Below, piece by piece: positions 34,832 to 49,200 of a DNA stretch of 64,000 nt (position 1 is its first letter; each line of letters starts with the position of its first letter). The translations under genes were made by a program, and so were the position numbers. Source of the stretch: Hydrolagus affinis (Eukaryota); the NCBI GenBank assembly GCA_012026655.1, contig JAAILG010000177.1, positions 62,001 to 126,000 on the forward strand. Direction: 5' to 3'. Under the pieces are notes generated by a model. It was not told the DNA's origin. It saw nothing but the letters and a program-made list of their open reading frames with translations, and made no database searches.

Positions 34832-35866
34832 TGCATATAAATGCAAACTGTTGTAAATTTGTATGTTTTTTGCATAGAAGGCGACTGAATTTTTTGAAGT
34901 TAAATGGCAAAAGATTGCAGAATTTATTGAGGGAGACGTGGCAGGTTTAAAACAAGTACCTGACACCATGTTTTATGCTAATTGATGCATCTGTTCCCGG
35001 AAATATTTTTTGGCATTAAATCCACCAACATCACCAAAATGCTAATGTGCTGTTTACCACATTCACTCTGGTAATAATGGTACTGGCAGTAAACTGAGCT
35101 GTCTGAATTAAATTCAAGTGGCAATTGGACAGATGAATCATTTAATACAAAACTGTACCATTTGACTTGGGTCCAGTGTTACCGCAATCGCCATTTCGAT
35201 TCAGAACACAGCAGAGAAAAGGCAGGGGAGCAAATTAAAGCTTCAGAAAAATTAAATGAAAATTTGGTGCGTCAAACAGCAATTCACATTTTGTCTCAAA
35301 GCAATTGTCAATAGATTCCCTGGATATTGTGCAGGAAAAGACATAAAGCCCTGAGTTTGACGTGGATATTCAATGAACAAATGCACACATTTACTTTAAG
35401 GAATAAGCTTGTCTCACCAGTCTTCTTTTTAACACAACTCAATTCCACTCGTACACTTTCCCTCCCACAGTTCATGGATATTACAAGTCAGGGCTTCAGA
35501 TTGCTTAGCTGTAGGGGAATATTCATGCAGCTTCAAGTGCCAATTAGGTTGAAGTGCTCCGCAGCCAGTGCTGAACTGGTGCAGGTTCTTAGCATTGATC
35601 CTGCCACTTGTAGTCGCACACCAAAGAACCTTGAGCCCCTTAGAATTAACAGGGGAGCAACCTAACAAAAGTATTTGCTTTGCAGTGTTAAAACAAAATC
35701 TTGGCTCAATCCTGTACAGCAATTAAATTCTTCTTGGAGCACAGAAATTAAGACCTTCTAAAACATATTTTTGGATGATAATAATAATGAGTATGAAGTG
35801 TGGACATGATGATTGGTGCATTGTGCTACCTTTTTGGAGCACTTCCCTGACTTTGACATACTACAC

Positions 35867-35903
35867 TGATTGATTGATTAATTAATTGATTGATTGATTG
35901 ATG
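35867..35903. repeat. (GATT)n microsatellite
   Basis: tgattgattgattaattaattgattgattgattgatg. Confidence 0.85.
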
Positions 35904-36664
35904 CCTGCTTAAACTTGACACAATGCATCTTGCAAGCCAATAGCCAACACATACAAGTTGTGATTTTGTCACGTTGAAAGCACTTGGCCATCTCACCGAA
36001 ATGACAGAGATTTATTCACATGCTTTGCAGTTGTTAACAAATTTCATTCAAAAAAGCAGCCTGTTAGCCTAAAAGCTCAGTGCCAAATCAGCCATGGGAG
36101 TGTTGAATATTGCCACCATCTCCGTCTGAAGAAAGGGGGAATCTTTCCGCTGGTATATTAATTCTGCTGCATGAACAGGTTCACTACAATATGCCTCTGT
36201 GTATATGTATTTATAGCACACTTGTGGTGGGGTACTGCTTGTGTTAAAGATTTTTCTTAACTAAGCATAAATTAGCTACTCTATAACACTTGAATTCATG
36301 ATTGAAAATTGTAACTGGATGCTATTTCCACTGCTCCATTTTAAGCTTAATTGACTCTTAATCATTTTGTCGGTGAGCATTCTGCTGACCATGAGTGCTG
36401 AGTAGCTGCTGTTAACCTGAGGAAGTGTTTTTTTAACACCAAAACTAAAAACTGCTGCTGTGTATCCCCCAAACGATCAGGATCACACATTTTTGCACAA
36501 GGTCAATATGATCTTCATATTTTGGACATTTGAATACCTAAAAATTGCTTTTGGAGACACTCTGTGGGGAAGAATGCATTTTTGTTGAGTGTCCTCCAAA
36601 AAGGTACTTATAATAAGAGTATAAAACAGGGTTAATTTAAGGGTTAATCTTGTAAGAGTGTACA

Positions 36665-36740
36665 GGCTTTTCTCTCCGTTGTTGAGACAATTGTGAGGTT
36701 GACTTAATAGAGGTGTTTAAGATTATGAAAGGATTATTCC
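36665..36740 (+). mobile_element. Small CR1 ORF2 fragment
   Basis: gacttaatagaggtgtttaagattatgaaagga encodes DLIEVFKIMKG. Confidence 0.7.
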
Positions 36741-37760
36741 CAGTTGCATCAGTGAAGTATTCCACGCAGAACCAAGTTCAGAAATGTAGCCTTAATTATA
36801 CGCTGTCCTATAAATCTGATGAACCTCTACGTGCTCTTCAGGGGCCATGATTTCTATCATCAGTATAGTCCGCATTGTGAAATGATGTCCTTCTGCATTC
36901 AACCTTCTCAGGACTAAAACCAAAATTGAAACAAATTTATCAATTGTTTGTTTTTTCCCCAATATTTTTCCAAGTTAGCTCTGATTTAACATAACTTTAG
37001 AACATTCATCCCTGAAAATTTAGAGGCATTATGTAGCAATGTGGCTACATTACACCTCTTGAAATTTCCTTACACCTGGAATGGAATGCACATTCTCTCC
37101 TTGGAGAGACATACCCTACTCACATAATTCCAGAGGCTATTAGGCACAGGTTTGTGGCCTGCTACTAAGAGTTTAAGTAACAAAAGACACAGCTTGACTT
37201 TGACAAGCTTCCCACTCCTGGTTCGGTGAAGCCACCCTACCTGTTACCACTTTGGCTTACAGAAGCTGGGTGGGAAGAATCTCTGCTCCTCACCGTGAAG
37301 GTCGTCGCACAACAGCAGGATTTTCAGTAGGTGCCAGTTCGACCCACAATGACCAATCAGTCAAATACTTTTGGTGAAGAACACAGAAATAGTTGAACGC
37401 TTTTTGCATGCTCTAACATCGCACTGCTCAGGCAGAAAATGAAGATGTTTAATTTTAAACTCTTCAGTCTAATCAGAGATTTATTGGAGAAAGGGGATGA
37501 GCTCAGGGAAAATGCTACTACGATCAAGTAAAGAGCTGACAATGCCAAGGAGGGCATTACTGATGAATCACTGTGAATGGACTATTTTCAACATTATTAA
37601 AGAAATGTTCATGGAACTGTCTCCTTAATAACAATGAAGAATTAACACTACTTACCAGAGCATATACTTATCTGACCATGTTTAGTGCCTTCAAACCTCC
37701 ATCGAGAGTGATTGCAAGAGATATATACATTCTCTCATTCCCTCCCCAAACAATAATAAT

Positions 37761-38453
37761 GTAGAAGCCCGTTTATCCATGACTCGATGAACCGGCACTT
37801 CCGTTTAACCGGCATGCCAAAAAAAAGTCCCCATTCGATAAACCGGAACTTATCAGGAACTATAGTGGTGGAGCATTTGTAAATGCATAAATAATAACAG
37901 ATAGCAGAATATTGTATTGGTAGTTATCGTGAAAACTACTCTCTTGCGCTTCTCACCTTTACTGGTAGATGCTGCGCTCGAAGCCATGATTCTGTGGTTG
38001 AGGTTTATAGTCCAGTGATTCTTTTTAAAATGGAGGACGCTAAGCGAGTGAAAAAAACGGAGCGCGACTTTAAAGCCTTACTAGCGGCAAGCCAATAACG
38101 CTAGACTCTACTAGCGGCAACAATAGGGTTATTGGCTTGCTGCTAGAAAAGCTTTAAAGTCACGCTGCCGTTTTTTTCAACCGCTTGGCGTCCTCCATTT
38201 AAAAAAGAATCGCTGGACTGTAAACTTCAACTAGTAAAAGTGAGAAGTGCAAGAGAATAGTTTTAACAATAGGTACTAATACAATATTCTGTTATTATCT
38301 GTTACTATTTAGTTTGGTGTGTATGGTGTGTGCTAAAAGAACTTAAATTTTTTTTGTGGTGGGTTTTCGGCCGCGGGCCGCCCGAATATGCGTCAGGCGC
38401 TTTAACCGGCATTGGCCAGGTCCCGCGGGTGCCGGATAAATGGGCTTTTACTG
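37761..38453. mobile_element. Non-autonomous Tc1/mariner (Tigger/pogo-like) element with long internal palindrome
   Basis: Left end gtagaagcccgtttatcc versus right-end reverse complement cagtaaaagcccatttatcc. TA follows the right end. Subterminal aaccggca repeats. Internal inverted arms at 37891-38103 and 38124-38308. Confidence 0.85.
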
Positions 38454-38455
38454 TA

Positions 38456-38740
38456 CTTGATATAGCGCTTTTCACATCTTCTAGATGTCTCAAAGCGCTT
38501 CACAGAATATCGTAAAGTGAATTGACTGTATATTTGTGGGCAAAACCCGGCAGCCAATTGTGCACAGCAGTGTCACAAAACCAGTTGTGAATTGAAAAGA
38601 CCAATTTTATTATTGTTTTTTGGGGGATTATTATCAGGCGTGTGGAGTAAGGAATACTTGCCCAAGATTTCGCCCTGCCAGGAAACAAACCCAGGTGTTT
38701 CACTTGCAAGGCGAGTGCTCTAGCCACTGAGCTACAGGAC
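38456..38740 (-). mobile_element. tRNA-SINE whose tail is interrupted by the Tigger-like element
   Basis: Head at 38660-38740 and tail ttgatatagcgcttttcac at about 38457. The rest of the (AAT)n tail lies at 37752-37760. Confidence 0.88.
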
Positions 38741-40147
38741 ATCACAACGTTCTTGGCACAATTCAAAATGAGAAGGCGGCACCTCCTTGTATCCTGGTCA
38801 ATAAGATTTCAGATAAATTGGTCATTCACTTCAATACTGTGTTCACCTACAAATACAATCACCACGCTCCAAATAAACATTGTGATGCACTTGGAAACAT
38901 TACTGTTATTATTATCACTTGTGGAAGTGATGCCTTCAACTATATAAAAGGGTGGAAAGCCTAAAAGTGACCTGTAATATACTTGGGGTGAAACAAAGAA
39001 AGGCAATGGAGCTCTACAGCTGAACAGGTTCAGCGTGAACAATTGAGTGATAGCTACATCTGCAGCACTCCTTATATTGTCAGGTCTACTCTATAATAAC
39101 TACTTTTATTGGTGACTTGTTACCTTCATGCTAATGTATTGTTCAGCACCTTGGCACGTCCTCCTGATGAGAAATCCGCCATACAAGTGTAATTTTGTTG
39201 TTGTTGTCATGTACTTTCGCTGTGGTTGATTGATTGCACAGAAAGAAAGCACAGAATAATTACTTCAAAATGAAGGTAAATAGTAAAATAATAATTTCAT
39301 CTGCAGCAGCAAACATGCTCTAAACACCATCATACTGAGCGGGATGATTCCTCCTAGGCTTCCTGTGGCGTGCAGGTAGGGCAGTGGTCGAGTGGAGAAT
39401 TTCAGTGTTTAAAAGCACATTAAATGATATGTGGGAGAAAACTGTTTTCTCTAATGTTCTATGTACTGCCAATCACCTCTGAAATACACGGCTGTGATTC
39501 TATATTGCTTTCCTCCTTTCAGTTGCTTGTTGCGGGTGCTGTTTATCTCAACTGTTATCTCTCTCCTCTGCTAGTATATTTGATTAGACTTTACTTTTAG
39601 GATAAAAAGCAAAAAAATACAATTTTAGCAGCTCATTCGTTTGTAAACCATGTTATACACTGCATATTTTTCAAATGTTCTTAATATATATTAACATAAT
39701 AAGCTATGGACTTGATGTGGTGCTTCATCACATGAAAATATTCCAAAACACTTTGCATATAATTACTGTCAAGTGTTTCTTTAGGAAAATACAGGCGCTG
39801 TTGTGCTCCCATCAGGGTCCCACAATCAACTATGAGGTGATTGACTGACCACTTGACTGAAATTTTTGACTACAAATGATTTTTGGAAACTAAAATAAAA
39901 TATAAATAGGATAATCTTTCTGTACATTATCTGCATTTCACTCTCACATCTCAGATATTATTTTAACTGGCGGGGAATGAAATAAATGATCAGCAAATTC
40001 TTTAACATGCTGATCCAGGGAACGAAAATGAAGCCTGAAATGAAGCCACCTTTTCTGTGGCTCTGGAAGGTATTTCATTTGAGATCAAAATAGGACACAT
40101 ATAAATATGTTTGTTACAGCTCGAGAACAGCTACAAGATTGGTATTA

Positions 40148-40299
40148 CTGTTTGTGGGACACCGCTGTGCATAATTGGGTGCCGCATTTCGTCCACAAAT
40201 ACAGTCAATTCACTTTACAGTACAGTCTGTGAAGCGCTTTGAGACGTCTAGAAGACATGAAGAATGCTACATCAAATGCAAGGATTAGTATTATTATTA
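40148..40299 (+). mobile_element. 3' half of tRNA-SINE
   Basis: ctgtttgtgggacaccgctgtgcataattgg...gaagcgctttgagacgtctagaagac...aaatgcaaggattagtattatt. Confidence 0.85.
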
Positions 40300-42914
40300 C
40301 CAATTCCCACTTGCTTGTCATATTTAATGCAATTTACATTATTTAAATGTCAATCCTCGTGCAATCACTGGTCAATCAACGTTAGCTCATCTGGCAATCT
40401 AACCCACTCAAGCCTCGGATCAATATTCCTGTGGTAGATAGAAACAGGGATACTATCTGCTACTAGACTACGCAGCGGTAGCAGGTAATTTGCTTTGAGG
40501 TTTTTTTTCCATTGAGATATATCTGTCTTGTAGATAAATAATATATAGATATATCTCAAATACTGAGTTTTGGTGCATTGCATCTAAAGCCATTTAGCTC
40601 TGAGGTATAGTAGTCAATGAATGTAATCTGAGCCTGTAAGATTAATTTGTTTTACAATTCAAGATCAGGCAAAATAGTGGAAAATTCTTAAATTCAATCA
40701 ATAATGTAATTTGGAAGCTGTTTTTATGAAGTTCTTAAATTAAGACTGGGTTTGAAGATTATTCTACAAAATGGTCTTATGGGCTAAGACTGGGTGTTAT
40801 TCAGACCTTTAATGGCTCCTGCATTTTACTCAACTCTCATTATTTGGCGTTAACTATTATAATGTAATTTCCCAGCCACTGAGAAGAAAGTTCTTCTCAG
40901 AGAAATTCTTGTAATGCAGTGGGAATTTGCCTTAGCAGAATGCAAGCATTTACTGATATATAAAAAAAAACAATTGTCCCATAGCGTGTCGGTAATCGAG
41001 CCCTTTATAGAGACAGATATCTTTTATAAGATTCACATCTCAGTTTAAGTGGCGATTCACATTCTGTTTTTTTTACAGCAATTTGTAACAGTCTTGGTTT
41101 CCCACAATTTCTCCATTGTTGGTTTCGTTATATTCTTTATAATTATTTAGGTTCCATTTCATTTAGCTCTCCCCTGCTGTTTTTCATTCTTCTGTTTACC
41201 GCTTTGCAATGAGATTTTGTTCTTGCTATGCACACATTTTTCCTCTATACTTTGCACTTCTTTCTGCTTGACAGTTTTTTATAGCTCAAAAAATTGAGAG
41301 CAAAAATCCAGACCCATATAGAAGACTCCTCACTTATATTGCAGTTTTCCCTTTTTGAAAAATCTATTATCTGAATTACAATTAACCAATGTCAACTTCA
41401 AGATCTTTGCTCTGTTGTTCAAAAACATGATCACTCTACATCTAATCTCACTCTGATCTCTAATCATTAAAAGATATACTGACAGATAAAGTAAGAAGTT
41501 TCTGGCTGCATATATATTACTGCTAATTTTGGTCCTCTTAAACCTTAAAAAGCAACTGTTAGCAAAACATTAACATGCCTTAAGAAGCCCTGCTATACAA
41601 AGACATGTGTATTGCCATAAGTAGACTTAGACTCAGTCTAATGGAAATGAATCAATAAATAAATGAAAGAATGTTATGGGACCATTACCCCACAGTCATT
41701 TCACGGCAACAAAAAAGTAACATTCTTCACAAATTTGGAAACAGTTTAGAATTCAGCGGAAATGAATAGGCGAAGAAAACACTTAATGTTCTGCTCCACT
41801 TATGTCGTTAAAATAACTAAAAGATAAGAGCATTTGAAAGTGTTTTTTTCTTTGTCTCGGTTTTTCTCCTTGTAACTTTTTGCCCTGCTACAGGGTATTT
41901 TGACACCCTTCCTCTTTCCAGTGGTGTAGTCTTGGCTAGTCACTCCATCCACCATTTCATCTGAGATAAAGTGGGTAAAGATAGGACTGTTTGCAATAAA
42001 GGAACATGTTGCTTCATTTATGTAAACCCTTTATCAGGAACACAGCACCATTTACTTGACACCACAGTAAAAGAGACAATCTGCTCTGCGCCTGAATGAA
42101 AACCAAAGTCATTGGGGAGGTAAAAAATAAAAAATAAATTGCTCATGGCTGGGATTGTGCCCTCACAATACAGTACTACTGGTTATTCTCCTGTTGCAGA
42201 TTGATCAATTAGTAGCAGAGAAAACCCCTTTATTTCCAGACATCTGCATTACCATTCTAAAACCTTTCAAATGTGTGCGATCATTTCAAGTCGATTTTAA
42301 TGGTAGACTTCACGAGTTTTACAAGGAATGAGGTTCTGATTCTCTTCCTGTATCACTATTAAAGAAAATAATGCTGCTCTCTTCTAGGTTTGCAGTGCTT
42401 TTCTTTGCAAGTCAGTTTACATCAGCCTGACCTCAATGAGCATATTGTAGGAAATTGTATCCTGAAGGATCACAAGTTCTCCACCTGTTCTCCACCTGTC
42501 TCATCTGAATCAGAGTGCACATCTCATCCACTGAGTTGAGAAAAGACAAGACAAGCAAAGACCAAAAACATACTAAAATAAGGAAAAGAAGCAATATATC
42601 TATTAATTCAAGCAGAAGCACATGAAGGAAAATAAATTTATGAACTTAGATATGTAATATGTAATTGTCTATCTTTCATCCTCTTTATTGTTGATACAAT
42701 ACAAAATGACATGTGAAAGCGCCTTTCGCGTCAGGAGGATGTCCCAAGGCACTGATCAATGAGGAATGAACCGCTGGGTGAAAAGGGGATCAAAACATGC
42801 AATTACCCAATGCTTTCCTATACGTTTTTTGATCCAAAATGCGGTAATTACAAACTAAATCCTGTTTCTCACCATTGATGTGTCAAATTATTTTCTCCTG
42901 CTGATAAAAATAAG

Positions 42915-43145
42915 AATAATCGTTGCGTTTGATATAGTGCTTTTCACGTCTTCTCAAAGTGCTTCACAGAATGTACTGTAAAGTAAAATGACCTTATATT
43001 TGTGGGCGAAACGCGGTAGCCAATTGCGAAAGAGCAGTGTCCCACAAACAGTCGTGGATTGAAGTGATCAATTTTTTAAATGATTTTTTTTTCTTGAGGG
43101 GTTATTATCAGCCAATGTGGTGTAAGGAAACATTCCCCTGCCAGG
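42915..43145 (-). mobile_element. 5'-truncated tRNA-SINE
   Basis: Similar to 34525-34770. Confidence 0.85.
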
Positions 43146-46100
43146 CCAAAATATATGCAATTTAGTAAAAACAACACCAACGTGCATACATTTTGCAGCC
43201 TCAGCATGCAGAATTTTAGTGTTCATAACACAGATGCCGGTTTGATGCCGAGTTGGAAAGAGAGGGGAGGTGGCCGAAAGCATGGCATATGGCTGGGATG
43301 CTGGATTATGGTATCACTACTATAAAACAAAACAAGAATTATTCCTTTGAGATGTCTGTCACTTGCTGTTTCTGGAGTGTTCTCATACTTGTCTCGCATC
43401 ACCTTTTGTCCATATTTTTTTTACCGTATCTTCAACATGTATGTTGAAGGCAGGATTTCCTCCTACCAGGTGATTTGCAAACACAGCTGGTATAGAATGG
43501 AATTTTCAGTCAAATGAACTTCCAACTACAGTATAATGAAATCACGATTGTAGAAAAAATATTCATTGCTTACAAATCCTAAAATCCTTTTGATATTGCG
43601 TCAGAGTGAATATTGTTGATACCCTGTTAGGCATTACAAAAGACTGAGATTTAGCAGAATATATATCAGAGATTTATGATGAAGCATTATTAGGATCAGT
43701 TTTTTTTGTATTGGAAAGAAGAATCCTGTATCATGTTTTGCATTTTGATATTAGCAAACTCCTTTTCACAATGAAAATACCTTCATAAATAATCATCCTT
43801 GCGTTTGTTATAACCCTTTTCACGTTTTCTAGATGTCTCAAAGTGCTTCAAATAATACTGGAAATAGTTATACATATATAACTTATATAACTTCTGAGAA
43901 TTTCAGATTGTAATTCTGCCTTTTGTAGTTGTAATTTTGTAATATTATTTTCATTATTAGTTCTGTCTGAAATTATTCTTACTCTAATCTCTTGTGACCT
44001 CTATTATTCAATGAAAAATGCAAATGGTTATGCAACACTAACAGAGACAGAAAATAAAAGGTTACTTTTAGATGTCATCAAATACCATTGCTTCTTCTGT
44101 ATAAAAGAATGAAGATCTACCCCAACAAAATTTCCAATGCCATCAGATAAAATTGTATGCAAGAAACATTACTAGGGAATAAAAACCGAACCATAGAAAT
44201 TCGGTCTTGTCACTTTGATGGAACAGTCTTTTCAGTCCCATTTACCTACCTTTTCTCTATCCCCCATGCATTATATAAAATGTTAATATGGATCCTGTCT
44301 CGATCATCATACCCCAAAGCACATTCTAAATGCTAGAAACTCTGTAAATAAAGTACATTCTAACTCCTTATATTGGGACATTGAATATCTTGCTATGTTG
44401 TTTTCTTTTTATAACAGGACAGAAATGCTGGCAAAAGGTCCTCTTAATGAGTAACCTTGCCCAATTCTTCCTTTTCGCTTTCAAGGTTCAACCGCCGTGC
44501 CACAATCTAACAACTCCCTGTCTCTCCTCTCTCACAGTTGGTTGTACATGAATTGCGCCTAGATCTGGAAATTCATATGTACAATTACAAGGCACAAAAT
44601 CATGGCCTTAAGTGGCTGAAGATACAAGGCTGCACAGATGCATAGGATTCAGTCAATGGCACTTGTTGCACAGTTAAGGACATAAGTAGCAATTGAATAT
44701 GGATAATGCAAGTATGAAAGGATTCTGGGAAGGGTGACTTGCAGATTTGAAAGAGGTTGATTTGTAAAGTTGCAAAAAAAAATGCTGCGTGAATCCACAT
44801 TGTGTTTTGGATTAAATAACATGACAGGAATAGAATGAGAGTTTGGCACCATTTATTGCAATGTACCTGCTCACACAAGGATTTTTTTCTGAGCCAATTT
44901 TGGTATCACCATTCATATTCCTCTGTCTATATGAATTCCTTCAAGTCTGCGAGTGACTTGAGCAGATATCAAATTCAGGACAGAAAACTGGTATAAAAAT
45001 CTGGCATTATACTGTACTTCAAAGATTCCAGTTAAACTTGGCATACAAGCTTGAATCTTCCTGTATGATACAACATACAGCAATACGTTCCATTGGCAGT
45101 AATGCAACACTTATGTAATTACCACAAGTCTGCAGCTTCCTCATCTAATTTCACCCAGCTGGAATGGATTAGTGTGTAAGCATAAAATACCAATTAGTCA
45201 GTTATTGGAAGGGGATCTCACTAAATTAAGCAAAACTGTTATTTTCCACTTTTCGGTGAATTAAATATGAGCACTACAAATCAAATCCTTCACTCTGTTC
45301 AAATACTTTTGTGCACTAATTCTCTGTTTTGGTGCTAAATAGTCGCTACACTCATCAATAATTTTCTGTACAAGCCCTTCAAGGTATTTTGACATTAGGA
45401 ATGTTGCATCAAATGCACAGATTGTTCATTATTTATTACATTAATAGAGATCTTCTCTGAATAATCAACTAAGAGGAACACTCAACATGATACAAACTTG
45501 AACTACTTTGTATACTATATAATAAACATTTGATAGAGAGCATTATCAAGTTCTCATGACACCTTAAAGTGCTTCACAGGATATACTCTAATGCAATATG
45601 ATTGTGTATTGTGTCGGTAATTTCCATTTTATTTTGTTTCTATTTTAAATTGTGATGTGAATACTTTCTTCTAAATCTAGCTGCTATGGTTCCATAACAT
45701 AATGTTGATCTTAAATGGCCATGACAGGTTTTATATCAATTGAAGTTATGAAGAATTCTTTATTTAGATTAATTGCAAATCCTTTGAAGCGCTTTGTAAT
45801 GTCCTCTCATTATGAAAGCAATCTGTCAAATGTAAAGATTATTATTATGACTCGCACAAAAGAAACCACCTTCCACAATACATTATTAAAGTATCAATGC
45901 ATCTGGGGAAAGAACACCGTGGAAACTGAAAGTGAAATAGTCATGCATAAAATGACATAGAAAGTGACAGTACAGAAGCAAATAATTCAGCCCAGCAAAA
46001 TATTATATATTACAAAACATAACATAAAATCATAACGTCTTATACAGTATTTTTTCATTACAAGTCATTGCAGGGGTAAACTAATGACTGGTATATCTTT

Positions 46101-46949
46101 CTGAGTAACTCAATTTTAATCTCAATGGTTCTATTGCATTGCATAACATTGCATAGAAACAAGGACCTTGTGCAAAGTGCTTGTGAAAATGCATGGTTAT
46201 TGGGAGACATCAATATTTGAAGCCTTTGCAATCTTCTGTTACTATGGGCACCATTATTACATGCAGGTACATACAATTGCTGTCAACCTTACCAGGAATG
46301 CTACCAAGCCAAACTCATGGTACCGAAGCTTTGTTAAATGTCTATTTCTTGTTCCTTAGCCGCTGGGAAATTGAAAGTATATTGAGAATTTTCTTTATTA
46401 GTGCATCTAGAATCTCCCAGATATATTTGAAAATAGGTTGTTTGCAAGTTGCCTATGTTGGCAGCCAATAGAGCCTGAAAGGAGTCCTCAGACATCGATG
46501 AGGTTATAAAAAAAACGATGTTATAAATTCTTTATTCCACTATAAAGATGATGGTAATTTTCACAATGTACAGGCTGTGAATTTGCAATGAATTCATAGC
46601 AACATTTTGTCATGAAATTTAACAAATTTAGTGTATTTAGTATTGTTTTCTACAGAAAAGCTCACAAGTATCAAACCATCCAGTGGAAGAATCCATCCCT
46701 TTTTCTGCTCAGTTTATGTATTAATATTTATATATTATATTTATTTTATTGTGAAGCCGAAGTGAAGCGCCAAGGTTTGTAGTGCAGGCTACCCTCAAGC
46801 TTCAAAAGAACAGGAGAGAAAAACAATACGATTCAAGAAAATGTGGCTAGGCAAAGGAGTGCTTGGGTTTTAAAAGGATGCAGACTAGAGTGAGATAGAA
46901 GGCAGAGGATGGCAATATTGACGACAGTCTTGAGGACATCAGCTATGGC

Positions 46950-47120
46950 ATAATAATACTCCTTGCATTTCATATAGTGCCTTATCACGTCATCAAGACT
47001 TCTCAAAATGGTTGACAGGTATATTATAAAGTGCAGCAACTGTATTTGGTAAGCAAATGCATCAGCCAATTTGCACACAACAATGTCCCATAAACAGCCA
47101 TGAAGTGAATGACTAATTTA
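46950..47120 (-). mobile_element. SINE 3' fragment (older type)
   Basis: taataatactccttgcatttcatatagtgcc...cagccaatttgcacacaacaatgtcccataaacagccatgaagtgaatg. Confidence 0.7.
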
Positions 47121-48587
47121 GTTCATCTTTTATTCGACAGAGCATATAGCATGGTTTTGAGATTTAGCCCATGACCTCTGTGGCAGTACAGTTCATTGAA
47201 TACAAGTGGACCAATATGAATCAATATTATAATTGAGCTGCATATATTAAAAGGTGTTATTCTGATCCACTTGCACAGGGCATGAAATTGGTTGACACAG
47301 GCTCTGGGTTATTCTGTTCATTGACTACATCATTACTGAACACTTAAAAATAACTGTAATGCAATTCTAAATTGTGAATAATTACATTCTAAACAAAAAA
47401 TAATTTACATGTAACATTTCCTGCCAATTGTCAATAAGCAGACAGTGCTCAGTCGCTATATTTTCCAATAAACCTGTCGCGTTTACATGCTATTAAACTT
47501 AGCAAATGGAGTTATATATCATGGAATCTGAGATGTGAAGGACACTACACAAATGCAAGTTGTTGTTGTATTAGCACAAAAATCACTAAACAAATCTTCT
47601 GTATTGAGCAAACAGCAGCATCATCGACAAGGGTTTTATTCTAAGGACACTTTAGCATTGACATTTTACATTTGTTAGCACTACAAGGAGCATAATCAAA
47701 TTTATTATGGTTGAAATTGACTTGGCAGTAATTTAGAGAGCAGCCATTCAGCCCGATCTGCAATAGAGGCTGTGCATCTGTCTGACAGACTTCCAGTTGT
47801 GTTTGTTAGAGGTAGAAATTGCATGGAAAAAACCCAATAATTCCTTACGCTCAGTCCAGGGAGAGCATGTTTGTTAATATTTTATCTCTGTTTATGAAAG
47901 TCATTGACACAGAAATCCTGTTACAACTCACATTATTAAACACAATAAACTCAGTGAATAAAATGGATTATTCAATACATTTTAGATTTGCTTTACATCA
48001 TTTGGAAATATAAAAATAACTGAATTAATCCTAGTTAGAAAAAAGTATTACAGCAATAAAAGGATTGCTATGTCTGGTGTAAATTCTGCAAAACCATCTA
48101 TGTGACAATATTTATTGCAACCAGTAAGTTGATGCAGCTTAAGTTATGCTTACAATTAGTCATTGATTTTGATGAATAAATTTCCATCAGGTTAATATGC
48201 AAAAATGTCTTTGATTGAAGTCTAATGTGTGACATATGAATGCACAAGTAGTTTCATCCAAGTTGCTTGGCAAAGGCTTTTAAAATAAATTAATTTATTG
48301 CATTATAAAGCTTGCAAGTTGTGTTTGATTCATTCCCAATTCATAAACACAATATTAGGAAGAACTGGGACCACATGACACCTTATAGCTCTTTAAGCTC
48401 ATCGTCTTGAAAAAAATATAGACGAGATTGCACCAGCAGTGATGTATTGTATTATTGAATGTTTCATTTGCGAAGAAGATACAACATTTACTTGTGTCGT
48501 ATTACCATGAATTTGCACTAGAACAGGCTCCACGATGATCGGCGACTGTAACTGATATTAATGTCCAATAACAGAAACATCTTAAGC

Positions 48588-49050
48588 AGATGGTCCAAGG
48601 AGTAGCAAATGAATGTAATGTAGATTCATGGGTGACAACGCACATTACAACATGAAGAGTAAATGTGCCATACAATGAAGACTTTGCGTTGCAAGAGGTG
48701 GAGAAAGAAAATAATTTGTGGGAGATTAATGATCATTCACTGAAGATTTCCAGCGAATGCAAAGTGGTTATCAATACAATTAATCAAATACTAGGTTGCA
48801 ATTTTAGGGCATTTGGCTGTAAGTCAAGAGGAGTTTGTCCAATCATGTTGCATTATTGATCAGAGGCCACATTTCTCCAGTTTAAGATGACGTCACATTT
48901 AGAATATGATGGAATTGTGAGGATCCTGAAATAATTTGGAGGTTGTACAACTAATGGGCAAATCTGTTCATTCAGACAAAGACTGGGTGGGTGGGGGAAT
49001 TCAGATCTCTAAAATTACAAGAGACAAATATATTGCAGATCATGAGCACA
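48588..49050 (+). mobile_element. Ancient CR1 ORF2 fragment
   Basis: ORF 48665..48859 gives EVEKE..NDHSLKISSECKVVINTINQILGCNFRAFGCKSRGV, resembling the CR1 motif EKDLGV.ID..LK.S.QC...ANxILGCI.R. Confidence 0.65.
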
Positions 49051-49069
49051 TTAAGTAGGGGACATAAAT

Positions 49070-49200
49070 CAACAACAACAAAATTACACTGTATAGCGCC
49101 TTTCACGTCAGGAGGACATCCCAAGGCCCTGGGCAGTCACTGTTTCAGACTCGAGCTGGGGGGCGTTGGGGAGGGGGGAAGGGAGGAGAGAAGGGGGGGA
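49070..49200 (-). mobile_element. L2 3' end
   Basis: caacaacaacaaaattacactgtatagcgcctttcacgtcaggaggacatcccaagg. Confidence 0.85.

Noticed and set aside
40512-40559. 13-bp perfect inverted repeat ttgagatatatct / agatatatctcaa
   Set aside because: Low-complexity AT-rich and partly self-palindromic; likely chance or slippage.
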